A DNA stretch of 64,000 nt from Octopus sinensis. Its lineage: Eukaryota. This document shows, piece by piece, positions 53,750-64,000 of this stretch. The DNA is taken from positions 15,190,001-15,254,000 of the forward strand of contig NC_043015.1 in assembly GCF_006345805.1 (NCBI RefSeq), read 5' to 3'. Within the stretch, counting starts at the first letter, position 1. Each line of letters starts with the position of its first letter. The notes under the pieces were generated by a model. That model was given only the letters and a program-made list of their open reading frames with translations, had not been told where the DNA came from and did not search any database. Made by a program: the position numbers and the translations under genes.

Positions 53750-54475
53750 AACAAACAGGCAGAAACTGAGGGAGAGAGAGGGAGTATATCCATGAGTAAG
53801 TGATCTAGATGGCCTATTTTTTAGTCGATCTGTAGTACTTATGTCATACCAGATTTGTAAGCTGAAAACCTCATGTGAGTTACATTTGTACTTATAGAGA
53901 GTCTACAACTATTCAGGACAACTGAACTTTCTGATCTGCATTTTTGGCAATTTTGTAAATGTCTGCTCATCATGTAACTCATCAGAAAATTTGAGAACAT
54001 TTTTAATGAGGGTTTTAGCTGTGAGCTGTTCATGAATAGAGAATGAATAGTATTCAGGATTGATTTATTGATATGTGTTCTGACTGCTTCTTGGTTCTAT
54101 TGAATGAGAACAGGTTGTTAATGTCCTCATTGTTGGATATTTAGGGTGTTATTCGTATACATGATAGACTCGTATGTTTTGGTTGTAGGAATGACGCTTT
54201 TATGGGGAGTTTAAAAAGGAGTGGAAGTTATCATTTATCCTGATGCATAGTAACTTGATGTAACAGTATAACTAGTAAGTAGAGAGAACGAAAAACTTTG
54301 AGTCAACTGAAAGTCTTGGGATACCAGTCCAGTACACTTAATAGACAACAAACTACTATTAAGCAAAGAGCTCTCTCTTACATGCTGGGTTAAAACATAT
54401 TTGTTAATTTCAGTCATCGACTTTTGACAATTGAGGCCAGAATCTTTGATTATACCGTAATGCAAATTCCTCATT

Positions 54476-54857
54476 GGAAGCACTCCGTCGGTAACGACGA
54501 TGAGGGTTCCGGTTGATCCGAATCAACGGAACAGCCTGCTCGTGAAATTAACGTGTAAGTGGCTGAGCACTCCACAGACACGTGTACCCTTAACGTAGTT
54601 CTCGGGGATATTCAGCGTGACAGAGAGTGACAAGGCCGGCCCTTTGAAATACAGGTACAACAGAAACAGGAAGTAAGATTGAGAGAAAGTTGTGGTGAAA
54701 GAGTACAGCAGGGATCACCACTATCCCCTACCGGAGCCACGTGGAGCTTTTATGTGTTTTCGCTCAATAAACACTCACAATGCCCGGTCTGGGAATCGAA
54801 ACCGCGATCCTATGACCGCGAGTCCGCTGCCCTAACCACTGGGCCATTGCGCCTCCA
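54476..54857 (-). mobile_element. SINE family D, full length (tRNA-Arg-like head, RTE-like tail)
   Basis: Head ggaggcgcaatggcccagtggttagggcagcggactcgcggtc, B box gtttcgattccc; perfect 13-bp TSD caaattcctcatt (54463-54475, 54858-54870). A head fragment also lies at ~47612-47712. Confidence 0.93.
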
Positions 54858-55929
54858 CAAATTCCTCATTAAGAACCTGTTGAATTGAAATGTGTGACAT
54901 CTCGTAGCCTATGCTACTCGATATTGTGAAATATTATTATCTCTCAGAAACTGCCATAAAGTAAACTCAAGAGCCGAGGAACAGCTAGCAACAACCCCGG
55001 GAGTTTTTCTTTTATCAGCTTGACCGAATCAATTCTCGTATAATGCGTACTCTCTGCTAAGAGGAACAGTATCATTCACTCACGACTATGGGTGAATATA
55101 TTCTTAAGGTTAACTTTTAGTCACTCGCGAGCTGTTCTAGGCTTCACCACTAATTCAGTTCTCAAACAAATTGAATGCAGTTTTTTTGTTTTGTTTTTAG
55201 TAATGGTGGTTCAGTATTAAGCTACATTGGAAATAAAATAACTGAAATTTGGCTCATTAAAAAAGAAGTTAAGTCAAAATATGTGAGATCAAAATGGGAG
55301 AGTAAGGCGAAAAATTGACTCTGAATGAAAATATCTCAGTTATTTTAAAAGAAAAGTATAGATTATTTAGGTTTAAAAGAATATGCTCATTGAGAAGAGT
55401 CTTCATGTGAAAACCTCGTTAGAAAATATTAACTATGAAAACAGTGGCGTGACTTTAAGTGACGAAAAAATCGTAAGTAACCCCCAAATTTGACTTTAAA
55501 TCAAAATATCTCAGCTATAGTAAAAGAAAATTATACAATAGTTGTGTTGATATAAAAAAATTTCTTTGAGAGGAATCCTGTGGTGAAAATCTCGACAAAA
55601 TATATTAGCTACAAAAACGTGGTGTAGCGTTGACAAAAAACAGGTGATCATTTAGAAAAATCAAAATATTTTTGTCATGTTAAGATATTTAACATTATAA
55701 AAGAGAGTAGCGACTGTCAAGGCTCATCTAGCTTAATGGAACAGATCGCTTAACCAACATTTGAGAGATACGGGTTTCGTTTCTCTGTAGCCGTATGCTG
55801 GTCACTTTTTTTTAAAAACTTCTTTTTCTATTTTCTTCCCGATCTTCCAAACTGTTATCACTGCTATTTTGCGTTTGAGATTTTCTATATTTCTAGTAAA
55901 ATACCAACTCACTCAGCGCTTGAAAGTGC

Positions 55930-56590
55930 GTTTATAAAAATAGATATATTGAAACTATCAAAACAAGCACTTTGTGTGTAAATGATGTTGTTGCTGTTAG
56001 TGAACATTTTTATCATCAATTACAAGCTACACTGAATAAAGTGTTTTTGACAAAATATAATCTAATTTGTTGCAACATCACACTTTAACTTTGGAGAATA
56101 GAGTATCAACAAAGAGGGGCTCCTCACGTTCATATGAAAATTAGGATGGATCAAACACTTATTTAAGACAAAGATTCTCTAGAAAAAATTCAAACGTTTA
56201 TTGAACAATATTTTCCTTGCAGATCGCTCTGTTCAGTATCTAGCTCTTTCGCGATTTGTTCAGTCATTGCAAATGCATTCAAGTAGCAAAACTTTCTAGA
56301 GAATTTATGGAAAAGGAAAAATTGGACCAGAAAATGTCGATATGGCTTTCCTAAGGCTGAAGATTCAATTTCTTCCCTGTTGCTGAAAGTATCAAATTAA
56401 GAAGAAATGGGAAATATTTTAAAAGGCTTCATCAACTTCAAAGAAAATCATCTGGAGAAAAATTATTAGTGATTACAATCCTTTACTGTTTTTAATATGG
56501 CAGGCAAATGTTAGCTGTCATTATATTGGAGAAAATTGTATGATGTTAACCAGAAATGTGACTAGCTACCAAACAAAAGATGAGGAAATT
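55930..56590 (+). pseudogene. Helitron/Helentron Rep (HUH endonuclease) relic
   Basis: NDVVAVSEHFYHQLQA, WRIEYQQRGAPHVHM (from 56092), QMHS, KCRYGFPK, DYNPLLFLIWQANV...YIGE...NVTSYQTK (from 56471); frameshifted, so absent from the ORF track. Confidence 0.85.
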
Positions 56591-56756
56591 GTTTGAGAAA
56601 ATTTGTTTTCATATTTTAATTTGGCATTTTATTGCAAATTTCTTTGTATTGAGCTAAAATATTTGTCACAGGTTTAGTATTACTAGAATGAAAAACTATA
56701 AAGATAAATATAAGTAATTATAATAACAGAAGTGTTGCCTCTAAAAAAGAAAGTGG

Positions 56757-57641
56757 ATTAGAATGAAAAATGCGGGCGCAGAGTGAAGAAATATTCTGAG
56801 ATATTGAACCTGGAAAAGCACAGGACAAGGTGAAAAGAAACCAAAACTTAAAACATTGTTGCTGAAATCAGAACCTAAAAACTAAAATAGTAATAATTGC
56901 CCTTTTATACTTTTTATTTTCACATAACAAAAAATTGAAATACGCAAGAAGCTATTTATTTTCAATTTTAGTGAAAAAACTTATTACCTGCAAGTTTACA
57001 CATTAAAAATTTAATATTACAAATTTAATGCTTAAAGCACTAAAAAAAAAATCACATAATAGCAATTTAAGCAAAATTGACAATATATTAAGTGTAAAAA
57101 ACGCTAGAGAGTCATTTCTACATTTCGTACTCAATTTATTCATTAGTTTTCATTTTTTTTTACATATTCTTCTGACTGTAAATAGAAAATACTTTATTAT
57201 CTGCAAACTTTAAAGAAATTAATTCTATTGTTTCTTTAAAAAAATTTATCTTTTTAACATTTTCTACTGTTATTTTTGAATTATAAATATTCAACATGTG
57301 TTTAATTTTAACACAATATCAGTGATTTAAAACTTTTGGATAAGAAAATAAAATTAAAAAATGATATAATATCAAAAATAAGATAGGAATGTTTTAGCTA
57401 AAGACAAACAAATTTTTAAGTCAAAAATATCAATTAATTTTTTTTTAATGCAGTAAAGATCAAAAAGAATGTAAAAAACAAAAACGTACTTACACTATTT
57501 GTTGAACAATTTCTGAAATTTATTTAGTAAATTCTAACTACAACAACAATGCTTTGAGTTCTTTTCTTCTTATCCTCTACTTTTCCGCAGGTTCAGTACT
57601 TAAAAATATTATAGTACTCTGCACCCGCTTTTTCCATTCTA
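56757..57641. mobile_element. AT-rich element with degenerate terminal inverted repeats
   Basis: gaatgaaaaatgcgggcgcagagt...tgaacctggaaaag vs cttttccgcaggttca...actctgcacccgctttttccattc. Confidence 0.55.
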
Positions 57642-57649
57642 TTAATTAA

Positions 57650-58200
57650 GGCACACACTGGATTATATTTCCAGCATACTTCAGATTTAGGAAAAGTTAG
57701 GGGACACATAAAGAGAAAAAGAATCGTGGTGTGATTTTGGCTGAAAACCTTTATCTTGTTTCCTTGCATGCTCTTTGGGTAAATTCTAAGAGTTGGATAT
57801 TCTGGACAGAATGACTGAAAGCAGCAGAGTTGCTCTGTTTCTTTTTCATTGGTGCTCTGTTTGAAGGCACTCTTGATTCAAAGTATCGGGATTTTCGATA
57901 CTTTTAGGGAGTAGTTTCTGGAGAAAGAGGCTATGCCACAGGTTTTACATACTTTCGAAACAGGTAGATCGAGTAATGTTCATGTACAAGTGCATATAGT
58001 CAGTTACACGAGAAACATGGGCAAAGAGTAAATTCCATCAAATTGATGTTCTGGGTGAGGGAAATATTAGATAAAAAAATGGACAGTGGAAAGTCTAGAG
58101 AAAGTAGATACACAATATGAGAGGCGGAAGGAGAAATAAATACGTAGTTTGGACTTGGGTAGCGGTGGCACGAGGACAACCAGCTTCTGAGGTTAGAGTG
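57650..58200 (-). mobile_element. CR1/L2-like LINE remnants
   Basis: Minus: SPRTSI*WNLLFAHV-like 3' motif (57977-58160) next to weaker ORF2-like sequence. Confidence 0.55.
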
Positions 58201-58329
58201 TGTGTCAGTGATTCCATGCCATCAGTCTAATAATGGCTTTATGTACTCTTCAATGTTATTAGACATTTAAAAAAAATCATAACTAACAAAAACCTAACTA
58301 CGGAGAAAATACGGAGAGAAAATGTGTAT

Positions 58330-58700
58330 CTTCTCAGCTCCACCATTTCACCTCTCAGGTCAACTCTAATGTGCTTAACTCTTTATACAAAAGGTCCGCT
58401 AACTTTCCGAATATTGCAAGCATATTCCGAATATTCCTAAAGATGATATAATTAATGGAAACCACAGAAATAATTCAATAGTGTTATATCTTCATTTCTC
58501 TGACTAAGAAGCTGTTTATCATCTGACACATCTAGCTCTACCTCTATAGTCATCACAGACTCATCCAATTATTTTCCCTTCAAACCACAATGCTCTGGAA
58601 TTCACTCTTTGTTCTCTTTCTCCCTACAGATATCGATTGCAGAAGTTCAAGCCGGGCATCAACCATATCAACCTAGTCAGCCTAACAGATCTTGCTACGG
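58330..58700 (+). mobile_element. CR1/L2-like LINE 3' remnant
   Basis: LYTKGPL..EYC-like segment and ttcaaaccacaatgctctggaattcactc (TTMLWNSL). Confidence 0.55.
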
Positions 58701-60039
58701 TTCCGAACATTGTCTTTCTCTCTATGACTAAAATAAGATTTTAAAAAATAATTTATTCTTTATATATTTGAATATTTGCTCCAATGTGCTAAATAATTTA
58801 CGTTTCTTTTGCGATTTTGATACATAAAACATTCTTCTTGATTGGAGCTCTTGATTTATAATAAGCTGTTTATTAATAAAAAATACTTTATCTAATCTTT
58901 TTTAAGTATTACAATTTAAATCTTCTTTGTATGACATTCTTTAAAAATATATATTTGTGGTGTATAACCACCATCACCGCCTGATATTTTTAAAAAGAAC
59001 ACTTCTGAGCTTAGTATTTACAGAGAATATTAAATAATGCTTTCTTCTATTGAATAACATGTTTTTGCAAGTTTAGGGGCAAGTTATCGATTCTTATTCC
59101 ATCTTTCCCATATTACGTCAAATCAAATTCTGAGCCTTCGGGATTTGAAATTCAAATTAGGCAGCCTAGTCAGCCCTCCACACTCTTCATCCTCTCCAGC
59201 GCCCTAAAATGAACGTACGAAACCGAACAGACTGCACCATTAATTGGAAGTCTGTTATTAAGCCAGATAAAATACGAATGATATTGCAACAGATATAAAC
59301 TTTATCAGAACAAATCGCTAACTTAGTTAAAAACGTTCGTATTTCACCTTTCTTTATTTACTGACCTATGTGATAAATTAGAATCATTATCATTATCAGT
59401 AGGATCGATCACTTCAGAATTGATCCATAACTTGGATTATACTGTATTTACGTACAAAAATACGCGTACGCGCGCACACTACGATACATATACACATACA
59501 AAATATCAACAAGAATAGAAGATCCGTTTAGAATATTTCCAAACTTCTTAACAGTTTATATCACTTCTAGTACCCTAACACTAAATTCACTAGAGTTAGA
59601 AATTAAGTTTCTGTTCCCAAGTTAGAAATAACAATATTAAATGGATATTTACACAGTTCTTAGTAGTTTTGGTATCAGGCTGTAGACATTCCAATTTACT
59701 TTCAACAACTGGTTTTTCTCCTTTTATTCATGTATGATTGAGTTTAATTCATGTATGTGTATAGAGAATGTAGATGTGGGAGAGACCAGAAAGTTAACTT
59801 GTGCCAGTGTAGTTAAGCAGAGCATGTTTATTTCTTTAGGTTCGTAAAATACAAGTTTGAATGAGATTGTAATTCACACAAATTCAAGTAATAATTGCAT
59901 TTTGAAACTCAGTGATGCAGCCCCCAAACAATTCTCAAGTTCTCACGTGTAATGTGAACGGGAAATATCGCTGAAATAAAATTTAAAATCAAAATACGTA
60001 GTTTCTATCCTGGTGGAGTAAAGACATGACAAATAAATG

Positions 60040-60260
60040 CCTTGTTCAGCATTTATGTTCTTGCACAAGTGCATATTGACAGTTACACGAGAAACATGGG
60101 CAAAGAGTAAATTCCATCAAATTGATGTTCTGGGTGAGGGAAATATTGGATAAAAAAATGGACAATGCAAAGTCTAGAGAAAGTAGATACACAATATGAG
60201 AGGCGGAAGGAGAAATAAATGCGTAGTTTGGTATACCATTACTTGGGTGCGCTATCAACT
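60040..60260 (-). mobile_element. CR1/L2-like 3' fragment, duplicate of 57977-58160
   Basis: ~180 bp nearly identical to 57977-58160. Confidence 0.75.
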
Positions 60261-60565
60261 AGCCTGCTTACAATCGGTGTGCTACCAACCGGTGAATTTG
60301 GCTCCTATTTATTAATATGGAATGTCAACACAGTTTCAGACATGTTGGACTACCTTGTTCATCATCATCTTTGTAGCTGTTTGTTTTACTTTTTTATATT
60401 TTGAAATAAACTCAGTCAATATACTCAACTTACTGCCAGGCAAAACAAAATAATTTAATGGATGTGGTTTGTTGTAGTGTGATTGAGTGTTTACGCATAG
60501 AGAGCTGAAGCAGTTTTTCAGTTTTATAATATACCTTAATATACCTTATTGTTACACACACACAC

Positions 60566-60609
<44 letters not shown>

Positions 60610-60621
60610 GACACAGACACA

Positions 60622-60662
<41 letters not shown>

Positions 60663-61993
60663 AAATATTTAAGTTCATCAATCAAAGGCTTGCATTTCAT
60701 AATTCCTGATTTCTTCTATAATTGAAATTTTTGTTGTTGTTGTTTGAAATAGTTGTGATCACCATTGTTATGATATCTAACCATGTTGTGGTGTTTATTG
60801 TTGTTTAACCTTGATTGAGCAGATCTGTGATTACAGGCATTCCAGCCATGACCAACCCATCTTTTTAGAGTTATGTAGGATTGCATTATCCAATGTCACT
60901 CTTTCCTTCTCAAGACGGTAGAATATAATTTGAAGGAAATTTGGCTAATATTTATTGGTCCTATATTGGCTCACGTTGCTTATATAGCATTTGGACAAGT
61001 TCGTATCAAGTATCATTACTATCTTGAATAAAACTGTTTACCGAAATATGCTCATTGTATTTAATTTTGATATTAAGAGGTGGTAGTCGTAAAAAGATCT
61101 TGATGAGGAGTCCCGTCGGCCTAAATATCAACTTATATGTATGCACATATGTATATACCATGAATGCATGTATGTTCTTATCTCTTTTTGATTAGATTTA
61201 CGATGTTTAATAAAATCTATATTGAACAAAAGTGTCGACTACATGCCCGATAAAAAAGACAAAAACGAAATGTTAAGTAGAAAGAGAAAAAAAGATAAGA
61301 AGGGAGAAGAACTAAGATGGATATATATGTAAGGAATAAGTAAATAAGATATGCGAAATTTTCAATGTGTTTTGAAAAGTATTGTTTCATAATGCAGGAA
61401 TTTCCTGATAAATCCATGCTTTAAATAGATTAAAACTAACTTAACAGTTGTTTTTTCACACTGATAGCATTTACTGGGTAGAGTTATTTGTTCTCTTTAA
61501 GATTCTAGTTTTCTACGCCAACCAGTGTTTATTCTTGTACATTTAATTAGTGATCCCCAATTCATGCAATTATATAAGGTGAAATGCCTGGTTCACTGAT
61601 GAGGTCATAATAAGACATGTCTAGAGTTGTCTCCCGTACGTAGAAAAATAAAACACTAACCAACGATTAGTATTGTTTTTCCCTCACCGTATTTCTTGTT
61701 AGCATTTTGATGATTTTTAATGATTCTTACTTTAAATACGTGAACACTAACTTGACTTCTCTCCTAAACGGGTTAGCATGTTGATCTTATAATGGTCGGG
61801 CTAAAATTTTATTTGTTTAAGTTATTGTAAGATTCTCTGTCAATGATGCAGACAAGTCATCTTCCTGTGATATTTTTATTGACAATAAAGGTGTGAAGCA
61901 AGCAGTTTACTTTCACAGCAGAATTTCTTTGTCTTCTCAGATAATTACAGGTTGTTAGCTGTTTTCACTTGCCAGTTTTTTTTTACCTTTATA

Positions 61994-62241
61994 CGAGGTG
62001 ATGTCAAAAAGTTCCCGGTCTAGTTCTGTAGCGCGCCAACAGATGGCAGCACACAGTTGGGTGTGCGGTGAGAGCTAGCAGCGACCAGCATCAAGGCAGT
62101 GTGCCGAGTGACATCGCAGAATTTACTACGTAAGTTGTGAAATTAGTGTTTTTCTGATCACGTGTATGCTGTAGTCTGCGATTTTATCATGGACAGGAAG
62201 TTGGAACATAGCTAGTCCGGGAACTTTTTGATACCACCTCG
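61994..62241 (+). mobile_element. Mariner-derived MITE
   Basis: TA TSD; TIRs cgaggtgatgtcaaaaagttcccgg.ctag / ctagtccgggaactttttgataccacctcg; retains only atggacaggaagttggaaca (MDRKLE). Confidence 0.92.
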
Positions 62242-62454
62242 TATATTGCCTACAGTTTCGCAACCCACCAAATTAAGTACACTAGTTTACATTATAAGTT
62301 TTCATCGGGCTGTATTTATTAGGACTTGGTACGCTTTTGTATACTTTGTGAATTATGTACCTCTCTGGAATTTCTTGTTCCTGCATTGCAGAGAGGTAAC
62401 CTTTCCTGGTTTTGGTCGGCTACGTAGAAGCTGCCATCATTCCTTAAAGAGTAA

Positions 62455-62675
62455 GGCGGCGAGCTGGCAGAATCGTTAGCACAACGGGCAAAATGTTTAG
62501 CGGCATTTCGTCCGTCTTTACATTCTGAGATCAAATACAGCTGAGGTCGACTTTGCCTTCCATTCTTTCGTGGGTGGGAGTCGATAAAATAAGTACCAAT
62601 TGAGTACATGAATCGATCTAATCGACTTAATCCCTCTTCCGAAACTGCTGGTCCTGTACCAAAATTTGAAACCAA
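62455..62675 (+). mobile_element. SINE family B
   Basis: Head ggcggcgagctggcagaatcgttagc; tail ccaaaatttgaaaccaat. Confidence 0.88.
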
Positions 62676-64000
62676 TAAATATTCATTAAAAAGTGGTCTG
62701 TTCAGTTTTTATTTTTCATGCTTACAACCTTCAGCCAGATAGTCGTTTCTCTGCTAAAGATGTTGCTTTGGCATCACAATGCGATCCAGATATATTATTG
62801 ACGCAATTTGAGATTCTCTACCTCCCTTCTTATCAAGAAAATATAAGTATTTGTTTCCAGTAAAATTATCAGTCACAACGGTTTTCGGATCTTCACATCT
62901 ATCGGTCCGAGTATTCAATCAAAATCTCTGAAAGCAGGGATTAAGGTAAGTGCTACAAATGTATTGTGGGAAAATATGTTTATAGATTGTTGAAATGAAA
63001 GAGAGCCATATTTTTCTTACTCTCTTGATGTATTCATTTCATAATCCCCCTGCCCCACACTCAACATACTCGTCCTACCCTAAATAACTGCGATGTTCAC
63101 CTGGTTGCGTTGGTTGTTTTAAGAAGCCATTTATTTCTTGCTTTTTTTTTTCTTCTTGACAGTTAATTAATTCTGGACTTTTTACCAACACATCAAATGT
63201 TATTCCAATCTTAATGGAATATTGGGTAAAGCGACTCAACTGCTTTTGTTAATGGTTGGTACTTGGTCATTAGAACTGCAACTTGTCTACAAAGAAAGAG
63301 TAAAAAATGTTCTTAGATTTGGGTGTACTAATTCTGTAGCCTTGTTTATTTAGCAAATATGACTGTCGATTTTGCAGTACTGAACAAGTAGGAGAAACAT
63401 TAGCAGTCAACTTATAGGAGACCTTTTTCCGATGCATTTTTTAGATACTAATGCATTGATCTCATTTCTCAAACAGTAAACTACTGTACCATGTCTTGCT
63501 TAGGTTGTTGGTTTGTGGTTACCAGTGGTTCTGAAACTTTGGTTAGTTGCTACCCATGAAATAGCAAAGAGAATATTTGAGTAGAGAGACCAATGTTCAC
63601 TTAAAGAATTGCAACATACAATAGAGATTGGTGATAAGCAAGAAATGAAAGTGTTAAGCAAAATACTTAAAAGTAAACAACATATTTTGGAAATAAATTT
63701 AACAATTTTTTATTTTTTTAATTCAAATAAGATGAGCTCGTAGTATATTTCGGAATACAATGAAGAGCACAACTGCATCACTAACGCTCAAGTGCGGACT
63801 GCTTGGTGTACTGTTCACAAATCCGGATTAACGAAGTTGCTATACACATAAACACCCAAAACTTCGAAAGAAGCTCGTGTATCTCCTTGGTAAAAACCTA
63901 TTGATCAATACACTTCAACGACTTGCTCAAAGACTGCTATTTCTTATCCCATTGTCTCATCGATTGCTTTTACGAAGATTCCTTTTCCTCTGAATTAGTA

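Noticed and set aside
61597-61625. CTGATGA followed by a gtc/gac stem
   Set aside because: No GAAA or cleavage triplet follows, so it is not a hammerhead.
63523-64000. hAT-like terminus (cagtggttctgaaac) with weak downstream coding hints
   Set aside because: No matching second TIR or TSD in the window and no convincing transposase motif.

Overview
Eukaryotic, repeat-saturated window with one 100-N gap (22967-23066). The microsatellite load and tRNA-derived SINE types suggest an octopod cephalopod (inference). No host gene could be firmly supported. Identified by eye: a near full-length Tx1-type L1-clade LINE (29463-34721, minus) inserted with a 14-bp TSD into a SINE whose 3' tail it shares; a 3.4-kb tandem duplication carrying two piggyBac (PGBD4-like) relics; a fragmented R4/Dong-like RLE LINE split by two SINEs; a Helentron Rep relic; several Tc1/mariner and hAT derivatives; CR1-like and RTE LINE remnants; and four SINE families. 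The most interesting signals are (1) the Tx1 LINE that apparently shares a 3' end with, and inserted into, the same SINE family, and (2) one intact minimal type I hammerhead ribozyme (24159-24201) plus three foldback elements whose inverted arms each carry degenerate hammerhead motifs (Penelope pLTR or retrozyme-like). All alignments and translations were manual and need computational confirmation.
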